Origin: an uncultured Candidatus Saccharibacteria bacterium
GTDB taxonomy: Bacteria; Patescibacteriota; Saccharimonadia; Saccharimonadales; CAIOMD01
Direction: 5' to 3'
Assembly (NCBI GenBank): GCA_964566075.1
Contig: CAZMHJ010000002.1
Location: 1 to 56,732, forward strand
Length of the DNA stretch: 56,732 bases
Part shown: positions 8,669-18,470 of the stretch, piece by piece
How positions within the stretch are numbered: the stretch's first letter is position 1
How the letters are laid out: each line of letters opens with the position of its first letter
Program-made: the position numbers and the translations under genes
Notes under the pieces: model-generated
What the model saw: only the letters and a program-made list of their open reading frames with translations
Database searches by the model: none
Told to the model about the DNA's origin: nothing

Positions 8669-9835
8669 GTGAAAACTATCATTGAAGTAAACGGTAGAAA
8701 ATACGATGCCCGCACGGGGCAAATTCTATCAAATGATGTAACATCACAATCCGTCGCTCAACAAAGCGCGCGCACTGCTCCTGTACTTGACGGTGTTAAT
8801 CGCCGAAGGCCAGCTCAGCCGAACGCTGCCACACCTAAACAGGTAGCTCCTAATCCAGTTACACCCGTAGCAAAACCATCAGCACATCCAAACGCTGCTC
8901 GGGCACTTGATATTAAGCCAACCAAGCATAAAGTTCAAAAAGCAAAAACACTTTTGCGTACCGCAGTTAAAAAACCTCAGAAAGCTGCACCAGTTATTCA
9001 TGGCACTTCATCGGCCGTCGAGAGTAAGGTTGAGCGAAGCGCTACCGGCAGGGGATTATTACTCCGTCGTACACCTGATAGCCGCATTGCCCGTGCTCGA
9101 CAAACAGCAAAGAGCGCAGCCATCCAAAAATTCGGCGCAGCCAAATCAGTTGTTAGTGCACCTAAGGTATCGGGCGACCTAAAGGTTACTCAACCACCCA
9201 AAGAGCAAACGGTAGCTAGTGCTCCTGTAGCCGCACCAGTTCTCACTAAACCCGCCCTTGGCAAGCATGCAAAAAAGCAAGTATTTAATCACCCAATTGC
9301 AAATGCTAATCACCACACCGCACCTAAGGTAGTAAAAAAAGAGCGAGTCCTCACAAAGATTGCCCGCAAGCTTCGTGTAAAACCTCAAACGGTTAGCCTA
9401 GCCGCCGGTACACTGGCAGTAGTGCTACTAGCAGGCTTTTTTGCCTACCAGAATGTCCCAGCAATTGCGATGCGTGTTGCCGCTAATCAGGCTGGTTTTA
9501 GTGGCCATTTACCGACAAATCCGCCAGCCGGGTTTGCTTTTAAGGGCCCTATTCAATACAGCAAGGGTACGATTGCCGTTAAATATAACTCTAATAGCGA
9601 TCAGCGTACCTTTACCATTACGCAAAAGCCAACCGACTGGACGAGTGACTCTCTGCTAGCTAACTATGTTTTAAACTCAAAAGAACGATATCAGACATAT
9701 CATGATCGTGGGCTCACCGTATTCGTTTACAATAACGGCAACGCTACCTGGGTAGATAACGGTGTTTGGTACAACCTCACTGGCCAAGGCTCACTTTCAT
9801 CAGACCAGATTCTTGCCATCGCTGGCAGCATGTAG
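8669..9835 (+). CDS. membrane protein with basic Pro/Ala-rich N-terminus and DUF4367-like C-terminal domain
   Basis: GTG start and a single TM (LAAGTLAVVLLAGFFAY). The ~120-aa C-terminal beta domain resembles DUF4367, but that family call is from memory only. Confidence 0.55.
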   Translation: MKTIIEVNGRKYDARTGQILSNDVTSQSVAQQSARTAPVLDGVNRRRPAQPNAATPKQVAPNPVTPVAKPSAHPNAARALDIKPTKHKVQKAKTLLRTAVKKPQKAAPVIHGTSSAVESKVERSATGRGLLLRRTPDSRIARARQTAKSAAIQKFGAAKSVVSAPKVSGDLKVTQPPKEQTVASAPVAAPVLTKPALGKHAKKQVFNHPIANANHHTAPKVVKKERVLTKIARKLRVKPQTVSLAAGTLAVVLLAGFFAYQNVPAIAMRVAANQAGFSGHLPTNPPAGFAFKGPIQYSKGTIAVKYNSNSDQRTFTITQKPTDWTSDSLLANYVLNSKERYQTYHDRGLTVFVYNNGNATWVDNGVWYNLTGQGSLSSDQILAIAGSM

Positions 9836-9878
9836 ACTGGCTTGCTGCTACCTCTGTTATATGCGATACTAGTAACTA

Positions 9879-11318
9879 ATGAAATCTGTTAGAACCCGTT
9901 TTGCGCCAAGCCCAACTGGTGCACTCCATTTAGGCGCTGTACGCACCGCTTTGTTTGCCTGGTTATTTGCACGTCACTCGGATGGTCAATTTATCTTACG
10001 TATAGAGGATACTGATCAAACCCGAGAAGTTGCGGGCGCAACCGAAGTTATTAAAGAAACATTGAGCTGGCTTGGCCTTGATTGGGATGAAGGTCCCGAT
10101 AAAGGCGGAGCATTTGGTCCATATGTACAAAGCGAACGGCTCGAGCTGTATCGCAAATACACTGATGTACTACTCGAAACAGGTAAAGCCTATCGTTGCT
10201 GGTGTTCGCCCGAACGGCTCGATAGACTTCGCAAAGAAGCACAGGCCAAAAAAGTTGCTTTTAAGTACGACCGACACTGTCTAGCAAACCCCGGCGACAC
10301 GAACGACCCACACGTTGTTCGCATCTTGATTCCAGAAGGAGATGATGTTGTCTGGACTGATTTAGTAAAAGGCGAAGTGCATGTTGCCCGCAAGGATATC
10401 GACGATTTTGTTGGCCTCAAAAGTGACGGCTTTCCGACCTATCACTTAGCAAGCGTGATTGATGACCATTTGATGGAAATTAGCCACGTTATTCGTTCTG
10501 ACGAATGGCTAGCTTCAACGCCAAAGCACTTATTATTGTATGAAGCATTTGATTGGGAAGTGCCATTTTTTGCACATGTACCTAATGTGCTCGGTGAAGA
10601 TGGGCGCGCAAAATTATCAAAACGGCGCGGCGCCAAAGCAGTACTTGAATATCGAGACGCTGGTTACTTGCAAAGTGCGCTTATTAATATGATGGCAACA
10701 CTTGGATGGAACGACGGCACTGAGCAAGAAATCTTTAGCGTAGACGAGCTTATTGAAAAGTTTAGCCTGGAACGAGTCCAAAAATCACCGGCAGCGCTTG
10801 ATGAACGCCGCTTACTGTGGCTCAACGGAGCACATATTCGCGAACTCACCATTGATGAGCTCTTTGAGCGCAGCCTGCCATTCTTACCAGCTGCTGCCAA
10901 CAACTACAGCGTCGAGTACCAAAAACAGGTAATTGGGCTTATTCAAGAACGTCTGAAGTTTTTAGCCGAAATTCCCGAGCTCACTAGCTTTTTCTTTACA
11001 GAGCCGGCACCAGATATGGCACTTATTAATAACAATAAGCAACTAAAAAAGCTTGAAAAAACCGAACTCATTTCACTCCTGGAGCAATCGCTTACTGGTC
11101 TCGAAAATAGTGATTTTAGCGTAGGCGACCTTACAAATAAGCTCAACGAGCTCTTAGAACAAACTGGTCAAAAACCAGGTATTTTATTTAGTCTTATACG
11201 GGTTGCAACAACATGGGCACCAGCCAGCCCAGGTCTTGCCGATAGTCTTGCCGTTCTCGGTAAAGACACTAGTCTTGAGCGCATCCAAAAAAGTCTGAAC
11301 GTAATTGCTAACAGCTAG
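9879..11318 (+). CDS. gltX: glutamate--tRNA ligase
   Basis: RFAPSPTGALHLG (HIGH region), KLSKRRG (KMSKS region) and WLGLDWDEGPD. Confidence 0.95.
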   Translation: MKSVRTRFAPSPTGALHLGAVRTALFAWLFARHSDGQFILRIEDTDQTREVAGATEVIKETLSWLGLDWDEGPDKGGAFGPYVQSERLELYRKYTDVLLETGKAYRCWCSPERLDRLRKEAQAKKVAFKYDRHCLANPGDTNDPHVVRILIPEGDDVVWTDLVKGEVHVARKDIDDFVGLKSDGFPTYHLASVIDDHLMEISHVIRSDEWLASTPKHLLLYEAFDWEVPFFAHVPNVLGEDGRAKLSKRRGAKAVLEYRDAGYLQSALINMMATLGWNDGTEQEIFSVDELIEKFSLERVQKSPAALDERRLLWLNGAHIRELTIDELFERSLPFLPAAANNYSVEYQKQVIGLIQERLKFLAEIPELTSFFFTEPAPDMALINNNKQLKKLEKTELISLLEQSLTGLENSDFSVGDLTNKLNELLEQTGQKPGILFSLIRVATTWAPASPGLADSLAVLGKDTSLERIQKSLNVIANS

Positions 11319-11384
11319 CCAAAACCACTGAAAACAGTGTACAATAGCAAGCATTAGCGCTTTAAACGTGTAAAGAGAAAATCA

Positions 11385-12632
11385 ATGGATTTTAAAACAC
11401 CACCAAAACGTACATTTGGCCAAGATGTACAACGTACAGCAACGGGTCCACAGCCTACACCTAACTCAGTAACTCCTACAGCACCAGAACCAGTCTTTCC
11501 AGGCCTCGAACCAGAGCCCGAAACACCAGACACCTCCAAACCAGATGCCCCGCACGAAGATTTACGTATAACTCCAGCACCAGAAAAACGTTCAAAAAAA
11601 CGATTATTGATAATTATCGTACTCATTCTAGCGCTGCTACTCGCCGCTGCGGCTACCTATTGGTTTGTCTTTAAGCCAAAAAAACAGGTTGAGCAAACTA
11701 CACCTGTTGCGGCCCAAACCGTAACCAAGAAGACCGAAACCGTTAAACCAACATCACCACTCACTGGCGTAGCCCTGACCGATGCATCACTTGCCTCAAG
11801 GCCAGTTACTGGAGTGATGATAGAAAACAGCCCAGATGCCCGCCCGCAAAGCGGCCTGACTGAAGCAGGGGTAGTATACGAAGCAATTGCCGAAGGTGGT
11901 ATTACCCGATTTTTAGCAGTCTTCCAAGATACAAAGCCCAACTATATCGGACCGATTCGTAGCGCACGCCCATATTATCTAGACTTTATCGCACCATATG
12001 ATGCTGGATACGGCCACGTTGGTGGTAGCCCAGAGGCACTCAGCGACATCAAAACGCTTGGTATCAAAGATTTAGACCAGTTCTATAATGGCAACGCATA
12101 TGTACGCGTCAGCGAGCGATACGCACCCCACAATGTATACACTGGTTTTGACAAGCTCGATAAGCTTAATAGCTCAAAAGGTTATACTTCTAGTAAATTT
12201 ACTGCTTTCAAGCGAAAAATCGATGTGCCGCAAACACCAACAGCCAGTAGTATTGATTTTTCAATTTCATCACCACTGTATAGCCCACACTTTGTGTACG
12301 ACGCGGCCACAAACAGCTATAAACGATTCCAGAATGGTGAGGCACATGTAGATGCTAAAACCAAACAACAGATTGCTCCTAAGGTTGTTATCGCTCTCGT
12401 GGTTGATAAAAGTTACGACCCTGATGGTTATCATACTGATTATAAAACCGTTGGTAGTGGCAAGATGTACGTTTTCCAAGATGGTGTTGTCAGCGAAGGT
12501 ACATGGTCTAAATCTGATCGCAAAAGCCAGTTTGAATTCACCGATAAAAATGGCTTACCTATGAAGCTAAATGCTGGTCAGACCTGGATTTCTCTCGTAG
12601 CAAACCAAAGTGACGTGACCTACAAACCGTAA
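11385..12632 (+). CDS. DUF3048-like secreted or membrane-anchored protein
   Basis: N-terminal Pro-rich region plus a TM, then VMIENSPDARPQSGL...AGVVYEAIAEGGITRFLAVF, typical of the DUF3048 (YerB-like) family. Confidence 0.75.
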   Translation: MDFKTPPKRTFGQDVQRTATGPQPTPNSVTPTAPEPVFPGLEPEPETPDTSKPDAPHEDLRITPAPEKRSKKRLLIIIVLILALLLAAAATYWFVFKPKKQVEQTTPVAAQTVTKKTETVKPTSPLTGVALTDASLASRPVTGVMIENSPDARPQSGLTEAGVVYEAIAEGGITRFLAVFQDTKPNYIGPIRSARPYYLDFIAPYDAGYGHVGGSPEALSDIKTLGIKDLDQFYNGNAYVRVSERYAPHNVYTGFDKLDKLNSSKGYTSSKFTAFKRKIDVPQTPTASSIDFSISSPLYSPHFVYDAATNSYKRFQNGEAHVDAKTKQQIAPKVVIALVVDKSYDPDGYHTDYKTVGSGKMYVFQDGVVSEGTWSKSDRKSQFEFTDKNGLPMKLNAGQTWISLVANQSDVTYKP

Positions 12633-12635
12633 ACT

Positions 12636-14159
12636 ATGCTGCCATTTCTAGAACCACTTCGACAAAGTATTTGGCTCAAAGTAACTGCGCTTGCTTTATC
12701 GTGTGGGCTGCTTAGTGTAGCCGCCTGGGTGGCGGGGCGAAATTATCTCCCAATTGACCCGGCATTTATCGCACTTGCCGTTGGTGGACTCGTGCTTGCT
12801 CCTTCTGTTTTAATCGGAAAGATTGTTGCTACGAGTGCGGTTACTGCAACCGACTTTTTAGCCCGTGCAATATTACTAGTGACACATCAAGAGAATCAGG
12901 TTGATGCACCGAACGACGCTAAACTAAAATCATCAAAAGAATTTTTAATTACACTCGCCGAAAGTATTTATAACCTGACCAGCGCTAGCGCATCAGCCGA
13001 CACGAGCGACGATTTACCATTTTATCGTTCACTTGCCACAACCCTACCACTACCAATTATCGTGCTCGATAAAGCGCAAAATGTACACTTTGCGAATGAA
13101 CTTGCACTGCAGTACATTGGTCAAACCAGCGAAACAACACTTGGTAAGCCTATTTTTGATGTCATGAACTTATCATTTGTCAGTGATATGACGCTTGAAT
13201 CATGGATAAAAGACAACTCCAGTTCAGCCGTTATTAATAGTGAGGTATGGGAGCGCGTTCGCTTAACCTTAGCCGACGAATCTCGTAAACAATTTGATTT
13301 AGTAGCCCATTATAGTAACAATGACCCTAATGGTATAGAAACCATTTTGGTACTATTTGATCGCACTCGCCAATACGAACGTGATGACCACGATTTAACC
13401 TTTGTGTCACTTGCGGTCCATGAATTACGCACACCACTTACTATCATGCGTGGCTACATAGAAGTCTTCGAAGATGAACTCAGCGACCACTTAAACCCCG
13501 AGCAGACTGCCTTTATGCATAACATGGGCGCAAGCGCTCAGCAACTGACATCGTTTGTTTCAAACATCCTAAACGTGACTCGTGTTGAAGAAAACGCCTT
13601 AATGCTACATCTAAAAGAAGAAACCTGGAAAGATATCCTTTTGGGTGCCTGTAAAGATATGGAACTACGTGCCCATGTACACAATAAACAGCTCGTCTAT
13701 GAAATTGATGAAAATTTGCCGACTGTTGCCGTTGACAAGGTAAGTATCTACGAAGTTATCGCGAACCTGATTGATAATGCCATTAAATACACCCACACTG
13801 ATGAAAAAATTGTCATTAAAAGCTATGAAAAAGATGACATGATAGAGACAACTATTACTGATAAAGGTGTTGGTATATCCCCAAGTCTGATTGGTCACAT
13901 ATTTGAAAAGTTTTACCGAGCCCACCAAAGTAAGAATAGTGTCGGTGGCACCGGTCTAGGGTTATACTTAAGTCATGCCATTGTAACCGCACATGGTGGT
14001 ACAATTTGGGTACAGAGCAAAGAGGGTGAGGGTAGTACCTTTGGCTTTACGCTTCCAAAGTACGCATCAGTTGCTGATCAAATATCGTCTGATGATAATG
14101 GTGAAATAACACGCGGCGCACATGGTTGGATTAAAAACCATTCGCTCTATAGGGGGTAA
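12636..14159 (+). CDS. sensor histidine kinase (2 TM, PAS-like, HisKA, HATPase_c)
   Basis: H-box HELRTPLT, N-box LIDNAIKYT, G-boxes DKGVGI and GGTGLGL. Confidence 0.9.
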   Translation: MLPFLEPLRQSIWLKVTALALSCGLLSVAAWVAGRNYLPIDPAFIALAVGGLVLAPSVLIGKIVATSAVTATDFLARAILLVTHQENQVDAPNDAKLKSSKEFLITLAESIYNLTSASASADTSDDLPFYRSLATTLPLPIIVLDKAQNVHFANELALQYIGQTSETTLGKPIFDVMNLSFVSDMTLESWIKDNSSSAVINSEVWERVRLTLADESRKQFDLVAHYSNNDPNGIETILVLFDRTRQYERDDHDLTFVSLAVHELRTPLTIMRGYIEVFEDELSDHLNPEQTAFMHNMGASAQQLTSFVSNILNVTRVEENALMLHLKEETWKDILLGACKDMELRAHVHNKQLVYEIDENLPTVAVDKVSIYEVIANLIDNAIKYTHTDEKIVIKSYEKDDMIETTITDKGVGISPSLIGHIFEKFYRAHQSKNSVGGTGLGLYLSHAIVTAHGGTIWVQSKEGEGSTFGFTLPKYASVADQISSDDNGEITRGAHGWIKNHSLYRG

Positions 14160-14161
14160 GT

Positions 14162-14575
14162 ATGGACGCACAACCAAGTAACGGATTATCAATTCTGTGC
14201 ATCGAAGATGAGCACTTTATTAGTGAGCTCTATGCTCGCGCCCTCCGCCGTGCTGGCTATGAGGTAACCACGATGCTAAGTGGCGAAGATGGCCTTCGCG
14301 CAGCTCAATCAAACACGTTTGATATTATTTTGCTCGACCTCATGATTCCTGGTATTACCGGTTTTGAGGTGCTGCGTCGGTTGCGCGAAACGACACCAGA
14401 CTTAAAAGCTAAAGTCATCATTACAACCAACCTTGATCAAGAAGACGACTCAAAAGCAGAAATCGAAAAAATGGCTGATGGTTACCTGATTAAGGCCGAA
14501 TTTACACCCCGCCAGCTCGTCGAAATCATCAGTGGTATGGCACACGGCACTGACGTCAACACTGATAAGGCCTAG
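14162..14575 (+). CDS. stand-alone response-regulator receiver (REC only)
   Basis: IEDE...LLDLMIPG...K pattern. At 137 aa there is no room for an output domain. Confidence 0.9.
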   Translation: MDAQPSNGLSILCIEDEHFISELYARALRRAGYEVTTMLSGEDGLRAAQSNTFDIILLDLMIPGITGFEVLRRLRETTPDLKAKVIITTNLDQEDDSKAEIEKMADGYLIKAEFTPRQLVEIISGMAHGTDVNTDKA

Positions 14576-14578
14576 CCC

Positions 14579-15595
14579 TTGGCACTCCACCGAGAATCAC
14601 CGCTACGAATTTTTGCGTTTTCAACGATAGGGACGATCCTTATCGTTGGTGCTGTTTTCCTACATTTAGGCACGGCTGCACTCCTTACGACACTTACATT
14701 GCTGGTTATAGAGGTAATGTTCAGTTTTGAGAACGCTATTATTAACGCCAAGGTGTTGACAACACTCAGTCGGTTTTGGCAAACGATGTTCTTGAGTGTC
14801 GGCATCATTATTGCCATTTTTGGTATGCGCGTTATTTTCCCAATTATGATTGTCGCTATTGCAACCGGTTTGCCGTGGCAGCAAGTGATTGATCTAGCAC
14901 TCCATAACCCATCAGAGTATGCCGCTCAAATATCGACTGCCGAACCCATTATATTAGCCTTTGGTGGAGCTTTCTTGCTCATGCTGGCTTTGGCGTTTTT
15001 CACCGATGAAACCAACAAAACAATCTGGTGGCGTACTCCAGAACAGCTAATCAAAAAACTTGATACTCGTTGGACCCCAGTCGTCATCACTTCGGCCATT
15101 ATTGGCTCTGTAGCACTTGTAAGTAGCCATACTCGAGAGATACTTACCGCCGGGGCAGTTGGTATCGTCACCTATATTGCCATCCATGGTCTTACCGAGG
15201 TATTTAGTAAGCTCCAGGGAACCCCTAAAAAAGTAAGCAAAACAATGCATAAAACTGGCATGGCGGCATTTATTACCTTTTTGTACCTTGAGTTGCTTGA
15301 CGCAAGCTTTAGCCTCGATGGGGTAATTGGGGCATTTGCTATCACTGAGCAGGTAGTACTCATTGCAGCCGGTCTCGGTGCTGGTGCACTGTGGGTACGT
15401 TCAATGACGGTCTACATGGTACGACGGGGGACTTTAGGCCGATATCGCTACCTAGAGCACGGGGCGCACTACACGGTGTTCGTATTAGCTATCGTTATGC
15501 TTGTGTCTGAGCTTATCCATTTGCCCGAAGCACTTGCGGGTATTGCTGGTCTTATATTAATTGGGTCGTCTATACTAGCGTCTAAGAAATCATGA
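14579..15595 (+). CDS. DUF475 / TerC-related integral membrane protein
   Basis: FSFENAIINAKVL and LDASFSLDGVIGAFA repeats typical of DUF475, in a multi-TM protein. TTG start 3 nt after the REC stop. Confidence 0.7.
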   Translation: MALHRESPLRIFAFSTIGTILIVGAVFLHLGTAALLTTLTLLVIEVMFSFENAIINAKVLTTLSRFWQTMFLSVGIIIAIFGMRVIFPIMIVAIATGLPWQQVIDLALHNPSEYAAQISTAEPIILAFGGAFLLMLALAFFTDETNKTIWWRTPEQLIKKLDTRWTPVVITSAIIGSVALVSSHTREILTAGAVGIVTYIAIHGLTEVFSKLQGTPKKVSKTMHKTGMAAFITFLYLELLDASFSLDGVIGAFAITEQVVLIAAGLGAGALWVRSMTVYMVRRGTLGRYRYLEHGAHYTVFVLAIVMLVSELIHLPEALAGIAGLILIGSSILASKKS

Positions 15596-15723
15596 CAAAA
15601 TCAGAACCACCCAAACCAGACTACGAAGCACTTAACCAAAAATTATTGGTTGCAATCGTCACACTCACCACGACCTTTATTATGGTCGCATTTGGCCTGT
15701 ACTGGCTCCTTGGTCGCTCGTAA
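15592..15723 (+). CDS. 43-aa single-TM micro-protein (not in ORF track)
   Basis: ATG 15592 overlaps the TGA of the DUF475 gene (ATGA). Translation is MTKSEPPKPDYEALNQKLLVAIVTLTTTFIMVAFGLYWLLGRS*. Confidence 0.35.
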   Translation: MTKSEPPKPDYEALNQKLLVAIVTLTTTFIMVAFGLYWLLGRS

Positions 15724-16053
15724 TTAGCCACAAGGCCCGTTGTATAAAAAGCACTAGCAATTTAGCGCACGGAGCGTACAATACGTGGTAGCTATGGGTG
15801 TACTGGTTTAGGCCTTTTCACATTCAAGCTTTTTACAAAAAGAAGCACTCTTTTTACTACGCGAGCGCACACTCACTGGGTACTGATACCTAAGCGTCAC
15901 TGCAATCGTCTATACAAGCAAGATATCTGGCAAAACGCTGGGTAGGTACGATAAACGGCGTACTACCTTCGGTCAGATAGCTCCAAACCTGTCCGTTACA
16001 GATTAACTCACGTGTTAGTCTATTTCTCTTTAATCTAACCAGGAGCTTGTACT

Positions 16054-16314
16054 ATGGCAAAAGTAAACCAAATCGATAAAGAAGTCAGTGTAACAGCGGT
16101 CTATTTTGGCAATGGCGCACAGTTTAAAACCTTTCCACGCCAAATTGAGCTAGAAGGTGACACCTACACCTTTAGTGAGGGCTTACAGTTGATTGTCCAA
16201 AAAGGGCAGGAGCTGGTCAAAATCTTTGATATGACAGATGGTAGTGCTCGCTACCGCCTGCGTAATGATGTCGCTGAGCGCAGCTGGCGACTCATGACCA
16301 TAACCCAAAACTAA
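16054..16314 (+). CDS. hypothetical 86-aa soluble protein
   Basis: AGGAG 8 nt upstream of the ATG. No family recognised. Confidence 0.5.
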   Translation: MAKVNQIDKEVSVTAVYFGNGAQFKTFPRQIELEGDTYTFSEGLQLIVQKGQELVKIFDMTDGSARYRLRNDVAERSWRLMTITQN

Positions 16315-16391
16315 CGTTCTAATCATTCTCAGGTTTGTATCAGACCCCGGCAATATGCTGGGGTTATTGATTTACTAAAAAGGAGCCTTTA

Positions 16392-17780
16392 ATGAGTCCA
16401 ATAACCCGAGGTATGCGCAACGCCTTCCGGAATAGCATCCGGACCGTCTCAATCGTTGTCATACTTGGTATTAGTGTTGGTCTGTCGTTATCCATGTTGG
16501 TGGCACGGCAGGCGGTGCAAGACAAAATTACAAATGTAAAGAGTAGTATTGGTAATACTATTTCGATTTCGCCAGCTGGCGCGCGGGGCTTTGAAGGTGG
16601 CGGCGAACCGCTCACCAATGCCGACCTCACCAAAGTAAGCAACATAGCCAATGTCACGAGCGTCACATCAACGCTAAGCGACCGGCTGACGACCGAAAAC
16701 ACTAACCTGCTGTCGTCTATCGACGCAGGCACCCTCGGTAATAGGGCGCAGAGTAATTCGGGTGTTGGTTTCCAAGCACCGCCTGAGATAACACGAACTG
16801 AGTCTGGCTCGGCAACAGGTACTGCAACGATTACTCGTACCTTCACGCCACCGGTAACCATTACAGGCGTTTCTAGCACGGCAAGTGCCTCAATATATGG
16901 TGGAGATACCGTCACTTTTACGAGCGGAGCAGTCTTTGACGCAAGCAAGAACGAAAACGTTGCCGTTGTTGGTAAAAGTCTGGCTACTAAAAATAATCTT
17001 AGCGTCGGCTCAACGTTTACTGCTTATGGACAAACAATCAAAGTTGTCGGCATCTACGACACCGGTAATACGTTTGGTAATAACGGTGTCATCATACCAC
17101 TTGGTGCGCTCCAGACAATCTCAAACCAGGCTGGGCAGGTGACGAGCAGCACGGTAACAGTCAATAGTATCGATAACATCGATGCTGCCGTAACCACAAT
17201 TAAGAGTCAGCTTGGCACGAAAGCAGATGTTGTGAGCAACCAGACTACGGCTAAAACTGCTGTCGAACCACTCGAAAGTGTTAGAACAATTGCCACCTAT
17301 AGCTTAATTGGTGCACTCGCCGCTGGCGCCATCATCATTTTATTGACCATGATGATGATTGTCCGCGAACGACGCCGTGAAATTGGTGTTTTAAAAGCCA
17401 TTGGCTCATCGAATGCTAAAACTATGCTGCAATTTGTCACAGAGGCAGTTACGTTTACGGTGCTTGGCTTAGTCGTTGGGGCCATTATCGGTATCTTTGC
17501 TTCACAGCCAATTACAAAAATTTTGATCAACAACTCAAGTAGTTCGAATACAAGTCAGACAGTTCAGGGAGGACCAGGCGGTGGCTTTAGAATCGCGGGT
17601 GGTCCAAATAGCTCAGTCAATCGTACCGTACGAAGTCTTAACAATGTCAAATCCTCAGTTGGTGTTGATACACTCCTGTATGGAGTCGGCATGGCTTTTG
17701 TGATTGCTATCGTCGGCAGTGCACTACCGGCCTACTTTATATCAAGAGTGCGCCCAGCTGAAGTAATGAGAGCAGAATAG
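16392..17780 (+). CDS. ABC transporter permease, FtsX/MacB type
   Basis: TM1, then a ~270-aa extracytoplasmic domain, then a 3-TM FtsX domain (VRERRREIGVLKAIG). AAAGGAG RBS. Confidence 0.85.
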   Translation: MSPITRGMRNAFRNSIRTVSIVVILGISVGLSLSMLVARQAVQDKITNVKSSIGNTISISPAGARGFEGGGEPLTNADLTKVSNIANVTSVTSTLSDRLTTENTNLLSSIDAGTLGNRAQSNSGVGFQAPPEITRTESGSATGTATITRTFTPPVTITGVSSTASASIYGGDTVTFTSGAVFDASKNENVAVVGKSLATKNNLSVGSTFTAYGQTIKVVGIYDTGNTFGNNGVIIPLGALQTISNQAGQVTSSTVTVNSIDNIDAAVTTIKSQLGTKADVVSNQTTAKTAVEPLESVRTIATYSLIGALAAGAIIILLTMMMIVRERRREIGVLKAIGSSNAKTMLQFVTEAVTFTVLGLVVGAIIGIFASQPITKILINNSSSSNTSQTVQGGPGGGFRIAGGPNSSVNRTVRSLNNVKSSVGVDTLLYGVGMAFVIAIVGSALPAYFISRVRPAEVMRAE

Positions 17781-17789
17781 GAGACCACT

Positions 17790-18464
17790 ATGTTGCAAGT
17801 AAAAAAAGTTTCTAAGATTTTTAAAACCGCTGGTCAACCCGTAACCGCAGTTGATGATGTAACGTTTACCGTGCCAGATGGTCAGTTTGCTTCAATCATT
17901 GGCAAAAGTGGCTCAGGCAAAAGCACGCTCCTTAGCATGCTCGGAGCGCTCGATAAACCGTCTAAGGGAGAAATCATTGTTGGTGACAGTGATATTGCTA
18001 AGCTTGGCGATCGAAAGCTCATTCAGTACCGCTGTGAAAAAATCGGTTTTGTGTTTCAGGGCTATAATTTGGTGCCCAATCTTTCGGCGCTCGAAAACGT
18101 CATGTTACCGATGGAATTCTCTGGTCTAAAAAAAGCAGACCGCATCAAGCGAGCTAACAAGCTGCTTGAGCAAGTTGGCATCGAGGTTGAGCAGCGTAAG
18201 CGCAAGCCTGGGCGCCTGAGTGGTGGTCAACAGCAACGCGTCGCCATTGCGCGGGCTCTGGCAAACAGGCCGCAGCTTATTCTGGCCGACGAACCCACAG
18301 GTAACTTAGATAGCACTACTGGTAAGATGATATTTGATTTAATGCACGATCTCGCAAAAAGCGAGAAGACAACGATTGTTGTCGTTACGCACGACCTTGA
18401 TATTGCTGGAAGGACCGATGTCACATTTCAGCTAGTTGATGGTAAATTAACCAAGAAGAAGTAG
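17790..18464 (+). CDS. ABC transporter ATP-binding protein (MacB/LolD-like)
   Basis: Walker [10 protein letters not shown], signature LSGGQQQR, Walker B LILADEPT. Confidence 0.95.
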   Translation: MLQVKKVSKIFKTAGQPVTAVDDVTFTVPDGQFASIIGKSGSGKSTLLSMLGALDKPSKGEIIVGDSDIAKLGDRKLIQYRCEKIGFVFQGYNLVPNLSALENVMLPMEFSGLKKADRIKRANKLLEQVGIEVEQRKRKPGRLSGGQQQRVAIARALANRPQLILADEPTGNLDSTTGKMIFDLMHDLAKSEKTTIVVVTHDLDIAGRTDVTFQLVDGKLTKKK

Positions 18465-18470
18465 GAGTAT

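Noticed and set aside
16364-16948. Long antisense ORFs inside well-supported genes, e.g. 16364-16948(-), 52429-53040(-), 45632-46138(-), 42223-42741(-), 24297-24815(-), 33722-34225(+) and 711-1004(-).
   Set aside because: These are shadow ORFs opposite genes with clear family motifs. They have low-complexity or Ser/Arg/Cys-rich translations and no RBS.
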